From: Balamuthia mandrillaris
Lineage: Eukaryota
DNA length: 54,517 nucleotides
Assembly (NCBI GenBank): GCA_031835245.2
Contig: JAVKOQ020000096.1
Coordinates: forward strand, 124,001 to 178,517
Direction: 5' to 3'
Part shown: piece after piece, positions 1 through 13,097 of the stretch
Layout: every line of letters starts with the position of its first letter
Numbering within the stretch: the first letter of the stretch is position 1
Translations under genes and position numbers: made by a program
Notes under the pieces: model-generated
What the model saw: the letters and a program-made list of their open reading frames with translations, nothing else
Databases searched by the model: none
Told to the model about the DNA's origin: nothing

Positions 1-586
1 ACCTTCGCTTCTTTGTGAGCGGTGGTGGTGCTGCTTCCTTTTCTTTTTCTTTTTCTGTGTAAGCGGTGGTCTCTTTGTCTTTTGCAGACAAAGAAGAGGA
101 GGAGGAGGGAAAGGTTTCTTTGAGTCGGGGTTGGTCTTTTGGTGGCTCCTTTCGCTTCTTCTTCTTCTTTTCCTCTGTCGTCATAGTGGTGGAGGAGGAG
201 GTTGGAGTGGTCTTCTTCTCCAAATATTCCCTCTCTACTTTTTCCAACATCAACAAATATTCTTCCTCCTCCTCTTCCTCTTCTTCCTCCTCCTCTTCTT
301 TCTCTCCATCTTCCAACAACGGAGAGGCCGGCAGCGTTGCCTCGTATTCCTCTTCCTCTTCCTCTTCCTCCTCCTCCTCCTCCTCTTTGGCCCGCCCTTC
401 ATCGTTGTGCTTCTTCCTCCTCATCGCCAAGCTATTCGTTTCCAGCTCTTTGGGCTCTACCACGGAGAGAAGGATAGGCTGGGTGTCCTCGTCGTCATCC
501 TCCTCCTCCGCATGGCCGAAGCGGCAGCACGCCGCTACCGCTTCTCCTCCGCCTCCGCCTCCTCCGCCTCGCCTTCTTCCTTCCAT
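1..586 (-). CDS. Partial gene (5' exon) for an acidic low-complexity protein of unknown function; runs off the window edge
   Basis: ATG at 586 opens an uninterrupted minus-strand frame, MEGRRRGGGG...EEEDDDEDTQPILL...EEEE...PPPLTKKRR, to the window start. No domain recognised. Confidence 0.55.
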   Translation of the reverse strand, partial: MEGRRRGGGGGGGGEAVAACCRFGHAEEEDDDEDTQPILLSVVEPKELETNSLAMRRKKHNDEGRAKEEEEEEEEEEEEEYEATLPASPLLEDGEKEEEEEEEEEEEEEYLLMLEKVEREYLEKKTTPTSSSTTMTTEEKKKKKRKEPPKDQPRLKETFPSSSSSLSAKDKETTAYTEKEKEKEAAPPPLTKKRR

Positions 587-1130
587 TCTTTTCTTTTTCT
601 TTTTCGTTTAATTTTTTCTTCTTCGAAGAAGAACACTTTGAAAAGAAAAGGACGACTCTCCTCAACATGAACTGTTCATGTGATGCCTCTGGGTACTACT
701 GCACGTGTGGTTGGAGTGTATGTAACTTCGCCCCCTTTTCTCGCTCGCACCGGACCACAAGCGGCTGCTTGGTGGTCCAAGGAGGTATTGGCTTTGAAAC
801 CAAATGGGTCTTCTTCGCCAAAGCAGCTGCTGCTGATGCCTTTGCTTTTGCTTTTGGCATTTGTTGGGACACGCACAGCACCCCCCAGAGGGTGCCAACA
901 AGGGAGTTGCCCAGGAACAAACAGAAGGACAAAGAGAAGGAGGATGGGGAAGGAAGAAGAGGCAAACATTTGGGGGATGACCGCATGGAGGTGGATGAAG
1001 GGGTGGAGAGCCACATGGATGCCCAGAGCAACATCGAGAGACAGCAACCACATGCCTGGTTTGTCGGGAAGCCCTCTTTGCGGCAGAGGATGGAACCACC
1101 GGTCAACTTTTGATGAGAAACTCCACACAA

Positions 1131-1203
1131 GGCCGGTTAGCTTAGTCGGTAGAGCGTGGTGCTAATAACGCCAAGGTCATGGGTTCGATCCCCATACTGG
1201 CCA
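1131..1203 (+). tRNA. tRNA-Ile (anticodon AAT)
   Basis: GGCCGGTTAGCTTAGTCGGTAGAGCGTGGTGCTAATAACGCCAAGGTCATGGGTTCGATCCCCATACTGGCCA is a canonical cloverleaf very close to eukaryotic tRNA-Ile(AAU), followed by a T-run (Pol III terminator) at ~1210-1217. Confidence 0.97.
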
Positions 1204-1611
1204 TTCTTCTTTTTTTTAAAAGTTACATGGCCCAATGCAGAAAGGTGGGGTGCCAGTCTTTTTTCTTTTTTCTTGTTCTTCCTCCTTGCATCTTTCCAAC
1301 AACAGCACACAGCTGGTCAAGAGAAGAACATTCAAGGAGGGTCGGATGATGTAGAGGGGGCAGGCAGCATGATGACTTCGGGAAGAGTACCTCAAAAAGT
1401 TATTTTATAATGTCGACTACGCACGAAACGGAATGTTGCAAACAGATATCGAAAGAGAAACTGCAAACACAAAGGCCTGTTGACCATCCTGATAAGAGAT
1501 TGGTTTATTGGGAAGGACGCATGGCAACAAAAAGGCGCAGAGATTTACGGTTGTTTTAGTCAGAAAGGGAACACTGTGGCCTGAAAGAATCCTTTCCTCA
1601 CGCACAACCGC

Positions 1612-3450
1612 ATGGAAGCGGCCCGGCTGGATCGTTTCAACCGCCTTAACTACAAGTCCTGCCCCTGGCATACGAAACAACCCCGTGTTCTCTTTCAGCA
1701 CATTCGGGCGGCCAACGCAAGGTTCCTCGAATCGAGGGACCTCCACCTCCACGGCTGGGATCAATTCAATGATGATCACTATCTCTGGTGTTGCTCCGTT
1801 GCCATCTTCACTTCCAACTGCATCGAAGACACGGGCCTTTCCCTCAGCGACACTCAACGACTGGTGATGACTAGCTTGCGCGGCGGTGAGCTCGCCGAGG
1901 TGCTTCCCACATCCCAGCGTCTCCGTGATGTCTCCCAGCATGCAGCGGCGTTCAGTTTCCTGTGTCGCGCTAAGCTTGGCCAACCGCTCTCTGTCGAACT
2001 CGTACTCGACACCCATCGCATCCTAATGGCAGGCTCAAAGCGCGAGGATGGTTTCGAGGTGCCAGCGGGTCAATTCAGAGCCGGCGAGGTGATTATAGGG
2101 CGACATAACCAGGCTTGCGTTCCCCCGGCGTTGGCCCAGAAGCTTATCGAGGCGCTGGTCGTGGCCTACAATAAGCACAAAGACGACTTTGATCCATTTG
2201 TGTTGGCGGCATGGTTGAAGCATGTCTTCGTTCACATTCATCCGTTCGACGATGGAAATGGCCGCCTCTCCCGTCTCCTCATGAACTGATCGCTTCTCTC
2301 CTCAGGTCTGCCCTTCCCCGTTTCGCTCCTTCGTGGCGGCTTCAACCACAAGGACAAGAAAAACTACCAGAGTTGTGTGGCGCACGGACCTCCTGTTGGC
2401 TCCATTGCCAAGAGTCTGGAATACTTACTTAAGTCTTTCAGTGCCTTTGTGTTGGAGTCCGTGCACTCGCATTGGTGTTCATTCTGGGAGCGCGCGAGGT
2501 TCGTCTTCCCCTGCCGGCTCGAGATACCTGTTCCGCCGGGGTTTCTTCCTCTCCCTTGGCTAACCTCGGCTGAGCAGGAGGACTTCGAACCAACGATTAT
2601 GCTCAGCGAGGCTCAGAATTATGTGGACAAGCAGAGCTATTCTGGCCAAGCAAAAGAAGAGGTGATCCGCAAGGTCGCTCTGGAGAGGGCACTCGCATGC
2701 GTGACCTACTCCCGACGCGTTCCATCGCCCCATCACCGAGAATCGATTGCCCGGATTCTACGCCCTGTTGTGATTGGCGAACCTGTGAACGACAGCCAGC
2801 TGCTAGCGGAGCTAAGGGGACTGCACGAAGAGCAGCCAGGTGTTCGACGTCCTGAGGAAACACTGGGCATGGCACGGGCCTACCACTATCTGTGCGAGCG
2901 CAGCCGCGCCAAAGAGCTATCTGTAGAACTGATCATAGACACACACAAGCACCTGATGCCCATTAAGGGAGGACTTCTAAGGACAAATGATGCTTATATT
3001 GGAGCACATTTATTCCCTCCGGCGTGTTCGATAGCCGACTCTCTCGAGTCTCTAGTCTTGTCATTCAACCGTCGCCGAGCCGAGACTCGGGCCAGCTCAC
3101 AGGACGGACCTTGCGTGCTCGCAGCCTGGCTCATGTACGAGCTGCTGGCTATTCATCCCTTTGAGGATGGCAACGGCAGGCTCTCTCGCCTACTATTGAA
3201 CTGGGTGTTGCTCTCCTTCGGAATGCCCTTTCCCGTCACGTTTGACAGCGAGCCAGGAGCCCTTAAGAGTGCGCACAAGAAGCTCATGGCAGCCATCGTT
3301 GCCGGCAGGCTCTTTGCTGGGTGTCCTTCGGTGCTCGCCACGCGCGTGCTTCTCTCGGTTCGGAACACCTGGCAGCGGATATACAGCGAACTCGACATGG
3401 TGGAGGAGCAAAGTGGTAATCAGGAGCGTATTACTTCTGTGAGCAATTGA
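1612..3450 (+). pseudogene. Tandem double-Fic-domain (AMPylase-type) gene with one in-frame TGA at 2287-2289
   Basis: ORFs 1612-2289 and 2377-3450 are in the same frame, and the sequence between them is open (SLLSSGLPFPVSLLRGG...). Two canonical Fic motifs: HPFDDGNGRLSR and HPFEDGNGRLSR. Intronless. Confidence 0.8.
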
Positions 3451-3781
3451 ACTAAGAATTGTACATACAAGCCTACTTTATTCTGGATTGCCAGAACCAA
3501 CATGTTTGGTAAACGAACAGAGGCATGATGGAATCACCAACCGAGTGGAGCGATGAACTGAACAAGGCAAATCATTAATGTTCTTCTTCTTCAGTTCGCA
3601 TGACTAAGAGCACCGCGGTCTGAAAACCGATCATTTTTCCATCCATTATCAAACACGTTTGAGTTGGTAGCCGTTTGCAACGGTTGTTTCGTTAAAAGAG
3701 GCACAAAACAAGCAGAGCAGCACCTTTCTCTTCGAAGGGCACCAGTATTGTCAATAAGCAAGCTGTTATTAATACACTAGA

Positions 3782-3825
<44 letters not shown>

Positions 3826-3843
3826 TCTCTCTCTCGTCTTGTC

Positions 3844-6800
3844 TTAATGCGGTGAAGAAGGCCTGCCAACGATCAACGAAGACGACGGCGAGGAAGTCAA
3901 CGACGATGAAGTGGCCGTCGTGCAAAAATCCACATCCGAAGAGGAGAATGAAGAGCTCTTCCGCAGCGCTTTTGATTTGCCTCTTTGGTCCTCCTTGTGT
4001 TTGCTCTTCTTCTTTCCTCCTAGTGCCCCCATGCGAGAGCTTCGGCGTTGCTCCCATTGTTCATCGGTGGAGGTGTCTTGAAGGTAGCGCTGCATGGCCT
4101 GTCGGGTGGCTTCTACCAGGTCTTCTGCTCCTTTGCCTCCTTCCACCCATATAAGTTTTCGTGCTTGCTCCTCCCCCTTTTTTGTTGTATAAAAAATAAA
4201 TGCACATGAACACTCAAACAAACAAAGAAATAAAGAGAGAAAGAAAACAAAATAAATAACAACAACAAACCTTATACTTGATCCAAACGACGGGAGAGTC
4301 ATTAGCTTCCAAAGCAACAGACTGTATTCCCGCATAGCTTATCTCCGATTTTATCTTGTGCCGATCCTTATCCAAGTTAAGCACAGAATCCCATGTCAGC
4401 TTTAAAACGCGTGACTGATGTCTTCCTTTCTTGTTCACTTTTGTCACGCGAAACTCCTGAGCGAGACCCGATTTCTTGAGGGCCGGCAGGTGAAGACCCA
4501 GTTGGAAGAGGTCAAGGAGGACGTCGTCCCGATCGGTGGCCTTCTCGAAGAGGTAACGACGAAAGACTTGGTCGAGGGAGGCGTGGCTGCCACTGTGGAT
4601 GGAGCTCCCACCGCCGCTGGTTGATTGACGAAGGCGACTCATGAAACCGCTTGACTTGGAGGAGCCTCTTGGTGAGAATAATTCCGTTTCTTGTAGGGGG
4701 TTTTGTTAGCAAATAAAGAACAAGGAGGAAGAATGAAGAATAAATGCTTTTTAAAAAGCTAAGATAAGAAGAAATTAAGGAAAATGAATGGGGAAAGAAG
4801 GAAGAAGAAAAACGGATAAGAACAGGGTAAAAACTTACTTCTCACATCAGCAGAACTAGCGAAGCCCCCATTAGGTTCCGAGAAGCTCATCTGCAGCTCC
4901 AACGAGTTCTCAAAAGCTCCCACTTTCTCAATCTCCTCCAAAAACTTCTCGTTCTTGATGGTCCTCGTCTTTGGGTCAATGTTCAACAACGAGTTTTGGG
5001 TAAACTTGATGTAACGTTGCTGCGACTTGCCTTTGGAGTTGACCTTCTTGGCGAGGAACGTTCGGGTTATGTAGTTTTTGGACATCTCGGGCAGCTCGAT
5101 GTTGTCCGGTCCGGTCAGTCTCTTGGCCAGCTCTTTCCAGTTGTAGATTTCAACCACTTTTTTGAGGAACTTGCGCGAAGTGAAGGCTCTGCTGCAGTAG
5201 AGAACGGCACGTGTGTAGGCACTTGGGTGCACAACGAACACTTGGTTCAAGTTCTTTTTGTATCTGTTTTTGACTTGTTGGTCAGTTGTTGATACAGAGA
5301 GGAGCAGGAATAAAAAACAAAGATGTAAAGGGAAGAAGAAGAAGAAAAAGAGAAAGATTGAGCAAAAGAAAAAGGATAAAAAGAGAATAAAGTGAGAAGG
5401 AAAAGGAAAGAACATATCCTAGAGAGTTAGATATGTTATCTCTAGGAACTAGAGAGAACAAAGAAACGAAAACACAAACATACTTGCGAGAGAACGATTT
5501 AGATAGCATAGACATATGCTGCGACATGAACTTCTTCATCTCATTGCTGATAGCCGCCCACGACATGTCTATCACAAGATGATACTTCTCGTTGGCAGCC
5601 TCATCCATGACTTTGTACATGTAAGCAATCAACGGATTAACGTTGGTGATGTGCTCCAATTTTACGCGATGAACGATAAAGTAAATGATGGGACAGCCGT
5701 CTAAGCTGGGTCGAGCGGAGCGGTAGAGGAAGCGAGCCTTCTCGAGCTCTTCAGTGCCGACCAAGTCCAAGTCTCGCTTGGAGTCCCACGATTGGGTTAA
5801 GCCCTCTTCCGATGCATTCGAGAACGCAACTTTTAAACATAACAAATAAAATTTTAAGAGAATTAGAAGCAAAGAAAAAGAACCTGAAGGAAATACATAC
5901 GTGTTTTGGGAGTTCGTTTAGGACGATCGACGAAAGGAGAGGGACCCAGGCTCGACAACATCTCGATTAGTTCTTTGCACTTTGCTGTTCGATACAAACG
6001 TAAATAAAAACCCAAAAAACCACAAGAGAGAGAGAGAGAGAGAGAGACTTACATTCAGAGATGTTCAAGAAAATACGAGTCCGCTTTTCCAAGTCGTTGC
6101 TCAGGTTTCGATGAGCAAATTCAACGTCTTCTGACACTCTTGTATTTCGTACAGCTTCCTCATTGATGTCTCCCAATACTAGTATGTCTTTGGAAATTTT
6201 CTTTCGGAATGATCTTGACTTGTACTTCTCTTTCTTCTCTGCTGCATCTTCATCCTTCTTCTCTTTCTTGTCTTTGGTGTTTTTTCTTTTGCTCTTCTCT
6301 TTGATCTTTTTGTTGTTTTCCGCATTATTAATTGCTTCTGGCTTTGTTTCTAATTCTTGTTCTTCTTTCTTCTTTTTCTTCTTTGAATTTGTCTCTTCTT
6401 CCTCTTTCCGTTTTCCAGTGTTCTTTCGTCCTCCATTTGCTTCTTTCTCTTTCGCTTCCTCTTCTTCTTTTTTCTCTTCGGCATCCGTCTGTTTGTTATT
6501 TTTCGTCTTCGCTTTTGCCTTCTTTTTCTTCTTTTCCATTCGAGTTACCGACATGTCGTGAGGTTGTTCTCTTCGGGTAATGTTCAACACCTCTTCATTC
6601 TCTTCCTCTCCTGCCAACTTTTGCTCGACTTTCTCCCAAAGAAGACGAGTGGGACATGTCACTTCGAAAGTGGAAGAAGGAATGCTGAGATTGTTCTTCT
6701 CTTCGACCAAACGAGGAATGAGATTGTGGCTGCAGGTCTGCAGCAAGCGATGGAACTCAAAGATGTCGTTGTGGTCAAAAGAGTGGATGGATGGAGTTGG

Positions 6801-7760
6801 CTTTACTTTCGCTTGTAACAGCTGTCTTGCTTTGTTTTCTATAATAAACATAAATGATACGTTACAGAGAGAGCCAAAAAAAAACGAGGAGAGACAATAG
6901 AAAAGAAAGTAACCTTTGGTCAATTGGATAACTTGTAGAAAATAAGAGTCGATTTTGTGGAGATTGTCTTTGATGAACCCATTCATGCACATCATGTATG
7001 CTTCTTTGCTGCCAAAGTAAACTCCATTCGAGAGATTCTATATCCAGTTATGTGTAAGCAATACTTTAACAACGTTTAAAGGAGCATGAAAAAAAGAAAC
7101 GTACTTGAAGAAGTTTTGCCACGAGAAGAAGATTGCGTCGGGCACGATTAGTGAGATTAGAAAGAGAAATATCAGGAAGCCAAAATTCGGGCGTGACGAT
7201 AGCTGGCATGAAGAGACGAAGCACAACAAAGGCGCCAACCAGAGGTAAGATCTCGTCTCCATCCTCGTCGTCAAGTACCGTGGAAGCGCACGCAGCTCTA
7301 TAGAACGCTATGGCTCTATTACGAGATATAAAAATCAGATTAGTGGCTGTTAACAAAGCAAAAGAAAAACAATGGAGGGGAAGAACCTAAGCTCAGGAGG
7401 CATAGCTTTGATCATGTTAGGGCTGACGATCCTGTCTAGAAGCTTTTGAGCGGTCTTTGCCAACTTTTTTCTGTGTTTATTGAGAAGAAGTTCTTCTTCC
7501 TCTGATTCCATTGGTACAGCTGAGTACCGTCTTAGCCGCCTGTTTGTGTTGCACATTAGAAGACGACGAAGAAGAACAACAAAAAACAAGAAGAACAAAC
7601 GTTGCAGAGATCTCAAGATCAAGTTTGGTATCTTCGATGATGCTATTCAGTAGTTCTCCTAGCACCAAACGAATGTATTCTGCTCCGTATTGACCTTGTT
7701 TCAAGTTATTGTGACAGTCAAAGAACAACAATTTTCACTCTCTCGCAATCCAAAAAAAAT

Positions 7761-7802
<42 letters not shown>

Positions 7803-8516
7803 AAAGAGCGGAAAAAAGACAAAAGAAAAAAGGAAAGCGGGCAGGAAAAGGATACGGATAAAGGCGTTTTCGAGACGATTGAAAGCACCGCTTGTTCGAA
7901 GGACGGACTTGCCACCCTCCACGCTCTCCAGTTGAAACTCGTGGAACAACAATGCTTTCAACAGTGGTATCAAAGTCCCTTTTAAAATAAAAAACAACAA
8001 AAATAATCAACAAAAAGAGAAGCAGTGAAGACCGAAGAGAGAAGCAAAGAGAGAAGAGAGAGCGAGAGAGTAAAAGAGAGAGCGAGAGGGGCAGAGAATA
8101 AGAGAGCGAGAAAATGAAAGAGAGAGAGAGAGAGTGAAATAGGTTTGATGAGAAGAGAGAATAAGAGAGGGAGAATGAAAGAGAGAGAGAGAGAGAGAGA
8201 GAGAAATAGGGAAAGAGGAGAGAGAATGAAAGAGAGACAAACCGGTCGAACTGAAGACAGAGGCAGAGCAGTCCGCAAAGTTCTCGGCCTCCTTCGCCTC
8301 CAGGCACTCCGCAAACAACGCCGTAAACTCAACGCACTCGCAGAGGGCTCTCATCATCTTTTGGTAGCGCTCCTCGCAGTGGAGGTAGGAGGAGGCATGC
8401 CAGGTCACGTCGGGCGTGCCACCGGAGGCAGCGTGGCCGGAAGATGAAGGAGAGGCGGGTGTGGGGCTGTTGGACCCGCTTCCTCCTTCTTGACTGGAAG
8501 TAAGTCCCGCCTTCAT
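3844..8516 (-). CDS. Neurofibromin-like RasGAP with Sec14/CRAL-TRIO domain and two PH-like repeats (multi-exon)
   Basis: GAP motifs SVLRTSG (Arg finger), AFVVLRLFMPAIVTPE and RRNLLLVAKLLQNLSNG...KEAYM; NF1 Sec14-like segment (GCPIIYFIVHR...YHLVIDMS...KKNLNQVFVVHPS); repeats KKVNSKGKSQQRYIKFT and TKVNKKGRHQSRVLKLT. Confidence 0.85.
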
Positions 8517-8957
8517 TTCTCTTTTCTAATTCATCCAATCAGCAAAGGAAAAAAAATTAGTCTCTCTCTCTCTTAAGATCGAAAAAAAAAAACAGGAGGA
8601 AAGGGGAAATGGAGGAAACTTCAAACCCTAGTAGGAGGTATGGTCCAGAGCAGAGCAGAGCAGAGCAGAGGTTACGAAGGGGCGGCGGCGAGAAGAACCA
8701 CGTTCCTTGGCAAAGTAAGGCAAAAAATTTCTTTTCTTTTTTATTTTATTTTATTTTTTATTTTATTTTATTTTTTTTAATTAAAAATGAATTTTATTGC
8801 TCGCTCCTGTCCTCTCTCTTGTCCTTGGTCGGAAATGAAAATGACGTCAATCTTTCTTTTTTCTGGTTTGTTGACATCATTTATTTCTATTTTAAGTAGG
8901 CGATGATGTCATGTTCGAAATTAATGCAAGGGAAGAAGAAGAGAGTGCAGAAGAACG

Positions 8958-9648
8958 ATGAAGAAGCTGTTACTCTATCAGCTTATCATCAGGTACGTGT
9001 TTTTTTTTTTCCTCCTCCCTCTTTCACTCCCCCCACTTCACGCTTTCAACATACACAAGTGGAACATAAGGCATTGTTTTTTTAAAAAATTAATATTTTT
9101 TCTTTTCAACCGGAGTAGTCAGTTGCAGGAAGATGGCTTTCCGCAGGCGGCCAGAGTGGTCTCAGAGGCGACCATGACGCCTTTCCCACAGGAAGGAGCG
9201 ATAGAGGAGCAAAAACTGTTGAAGCTGGTCGACACTGGAGTGAAGGTTACCGCCAAAAGCAAAGGTTCTTATCGCTACTCATTTTTTTTGTTTCGATGTT
9301 GTGGTCGTGATTGTGGATCCCTTACACACATTGAAAAAAAAATGTGTGCAACAATACAGAGAGAAGCGACCACCCCATCAACAAAGTTTTGGAGGAGGCC
9401 TTTGGAGGTGTTCTTGCACAACAACGAGATCGGTGTCTCGACTACGAGTGTACCTGCTTCTTTTTTTACTTTCTTTATTTTTCCTCGCTTTCTATCACTT
9501 CTTCTTCTTCTTGCTTCTCTGCTAATATGCTTTCTCTCATAACAGCGGTTGAGAAAGGCAAAGAGCATGTCCTCACACTGCCCGACTTTCAAACTCGTTT
9601 CATCACGACCCACAAAGACGTTTGTCGCTGCGCCCAATTCAGCAACGA

Positions 9649-9686
<38 letters not shown>

Positions 9687-9796
9687 TTCTTGCTTCTTGC
9701 TTCTGTCACCTCTATCCTTTGTGTTTTGGCGCTTCATTCTTGTATCTTCTTCTGGCCTGTTTTGTCTTCTCATGTCCTCCTTCTTTTATCTTTTCT

Positions 9797-9840
<44 letters not shown>

Positions 9841-10335
9841 ATTGTTGAATCACACAAAGGCAAGTTGGTGGTGACGGGTTCCAACGACAGCAGCATAAAG
9901 CTCATCGATGTCGATAAAATGAAGCATTACAAATCGGACGGCGGCGGGGATGAGTTTACGCAATCGCGGCCGGTTGCTCGCACCTTTTATGACCATTCAC
10001 AAGTACTCTTCTCCATCTCTTTGTTACTCTTTTCTTTCGCCTGGGTGTTTTAACTGGTCTTTTTGGAAACTTACAGACGGTAAACGAACTCATGTTCCAT
10101 CCGTTCTTGCCAATGTTGGCTTCCTGTTCAGCTGATCAAACCATAAAATTCTACGATTACTCCAAAGCCTCTACCAAGAAAGCCAGTCGGTCTATTCAGG
10201 TTCCCTATTTCTCTGATTTCTGTTTATGCTTTCTTTTATATTCATCTGTTATGCTATACTTTTTGCACTGATAGGACACGCATGGCGTTCGTTCCATTCA
10301 TTTCCATCCTTCTGGAGACTTTTTGTTAGCAGGTG

Positions 10336-10382
<47 letters not shown>

Positions 10383-11368
10383 ATTTATCTTCGCAATAAA
10401 CTTAATTGAATGTGTTTTGAACCAGGAACGGACCATCACATGATTCGTCTCTACGACTTAAACTCTGGCCAAGCCTTCACATGTTCAGATCCGAAAGACC
10501 ATCACCAATCTTCTGTCAACGTGGTACGTAAAGCTTTCAAACTTTTTTGTATTTGCTCTCCACGTTTACAACGTTTGTTTAACTGGAAATAAACAGGTGC
10601 GGTACGCATACACACCAAATATCAGCATTTTTGCTTCGTGCTCGAAAGATGGAACCATCAAACTGTGGGACAGGTACCTCTTCCTCTCTCTCTCTCTCTC
10701 TCTCTCCTCTCACATTTGTTCCTCACTTGCATACGAAAGGCTGACCTATTTCTCTGTTTCAACAAAAAAAAAAAGCGTACAAAATAAATGCATAAAGACT
10801 TTGGTGAATGCACATAATGGATTTGAGGTGACATGTTTGCAGTTTTCGCGCAACCACAAATATCTGTTGAGCGGAGGACGCGACTCTCACGTTCGGATAT
10901 GGGATCTCGCCACCGACCGTCAGCTACGCAGCTTCAACGGTTGTGTGCAAACGGTACTCCTCCTTGTTCTTCTTCTCCTTTTTTTTTTCCTCTTCTGATG
11001 CTCTCTGTTCTCTATTTTCTCCTCTGTCCCTGCTCTCCTGTTCTTCCTCTTCGCTCTGCTCCCACCTCTTTCTCCTTTGTTCTCTGTTCTCCTCTTTTTT
11101 AATCCATCAAACTGTTAACCACAAAACCCAAAAAACAAAGGCAACATTCAACCACACAGAAGATTTTGTGTTGACCTCGGACGAAGGCACCTCGGAGGCG
11201 TTGGTGTGGGACAGCAGAACAGGCACCCTGGTGCAGCGATTGACGGGGCACAGCAACCACGTTCGCGCCATCGCTGCTTCGCCCGTGGAAAACTCTCTGA
11301 TGACCTGCAGCGATGACCACCGAGCGCGCTACTGGGTCGGCACCGACCCTCCGCCCGACTTTATCTGA
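8958..11368 (+). CDS. CSTF1: Cleavage stimulation factor 50 kDa subunit (WD40), multi-exon
   Basis: N-terminal LLYQLIISQL dimerisation motif; HKDVCRCAQFSNDGKLVVTGSNDSSIKLID, RPVARTFYDH and TCSDDHRARYW match CstF-50. Confidence 0.9.
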
Positions 11369-11675
11369 TAACAAGGATGAGAGAGCGAGAGCGAAAGAGA
11401 GAGCGAGAGAGAGAGAGAGAACCAACGAGAACAAACAAAAAAAAAAACGCTTTAAAACATAAAATAATAAAAAGAAAAAAAAAGAAAAAAGAAAAAGAAA
11501 AAAAAAGGAAAACAAAGCATTACAAAACTATTAGGTTGAATGGATTGAGATCAAATGAGACTCGTATTGTCGACAATAAAATGTGATGCATAGTTGACAT
11601 TCCAGGGTTTCCATTCCTCATTTTTTCTTTTTGCGGAGAGGAGAAGAGAGAGCTCAAACGCACGCGGAGGGAGAG

Positions 11676-13066
11676 ATGAGTTCCTCGAACGGAGCGGCAG
11701 GAGGAGGAGGAGGAGGACGTGGAAAGAAAAGGGCAAGGCAGGCCAATAACAACAGGGCCGCCTCTTCTGCTTCTTCTTCCTCCTCATCAGATACCCTCAA
11801 GAAAAAATCAAACAAAGCGCCGGAAGTGAAAACCACAACAACAACAACGAATCACACAGCCGCCAAGGCAACGCCCACACCGCAAGAGAAAGAACTTCGG
11901 CCACAAAAAAAGAAACTAAAACCAACCACCACCGCAACCACAACGAACGACAAAAAACAACGACGACAAGCTGAAGAAACAAATCCCAAAAATACAAAGG
12001 AAGAGATCGAAGAGGAAGAAGAAGAAAAAGTGGAAGAAGTAAACGATGAAGAAGAACCTGTTTCTTCTCCCTCTTCTGCAACTTCCTCCGCGACAACGTT
12101 TGAAGAGTTGGGAGTGGACGAGCAGCTTTGTGAGGCGTGTCGGCTGCTCGGCTGGACCAAGCCCACCCAGATCCAGTGCGAGGCCATCCCGCAGGCCCTC
12201 CAAGGAAGGGACGTCATCGGGCTGGCCCAAACGGGAAGCGGAAAGACTGCCGCCTTCTCTTTGCCTATCCTTCAGGCCCTGTTGAACCGCCCGCAAGGCC
12301 TCTTTGCTCTCATTCTTGCTCCTACTCGGTTCGTTCTCTTCTCTGCTGCTGTCTCTCCCTCTCTCTCCTCTCTGCTGCTCTCTGCTTCTCTGCTTCTCTC
12401 TTATTTTCTCTCCTCTCCTTCTCTCCTTCTCTCTTATTTTCTCTCCTTCTCTCCTTTCTCGTGCTCCTGGTTTCTTTCTTCTTGCTTTTTATCTTTGCAG
12501 AGAGCTCAAAGAGATGTACTCACTTTTGGTTTGTTAGAGAGTTGGCACTGCAGATTTCAGAACAAGTGGAGGCTTTAGGTTCTACCATTGGTGTTAAATG
12601 CGCCACTATCGTCGGCGGAGTTGGTCTCTATTTTCTTCTTTTTCTTCCTGCTTCTTATCTCTTTTTTGTTCTTCCTTCTTGCTGCTCTCTTTTTTCTTCT
12701 TCTTTCCTTCTCTCCTTTGTTTTGGTCTCTCATGCTCATCTACTTTTATGAACACAGACGTGATGGATCAAGCGATAGCTCTGTCTAAAAAGCCACACGT
12801 CGTGTGCGCCACGCCAGGACGTCTCGTTTTTCATCTGCAAAACACAAAAGGATTCGACCTGAAGCGGCTAAAAGTGTTGGTGTTGGACGAGGCAGATCGG
12901 CTGTTGAACATGGACTATGAGGAGGAGATTAACACTATTCTTCAGAACATACCTAGAGAGAGGAACACGTTCCTCTTCTCAGCAACGATGACCAACAAAG
13001 TGGAGAAGCTGCAGCGTGCATCATTGCGAAACCCGGTCAAAGTCTCCGTTTCTGACAAGTATGCCT

Positions 13067-13097
<31 letters not shown>

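Noticed and set aside
662..1165. Overlapping 145-160 aa ORFs upstream of tRNA-Ile
   Set aside because: No recognisable domain, open in several frames, and one runs into the tRNA; coding status cannot be supported.
2287..2289. Selenocysteine or alternative genetic code explanation for the Fic TGA
   Set aside because: The position aligns with Trp, not Cys. Other genes in the window use TGA as a true stop (e.g. OXCT1, DDX47) and TGG for Trp.
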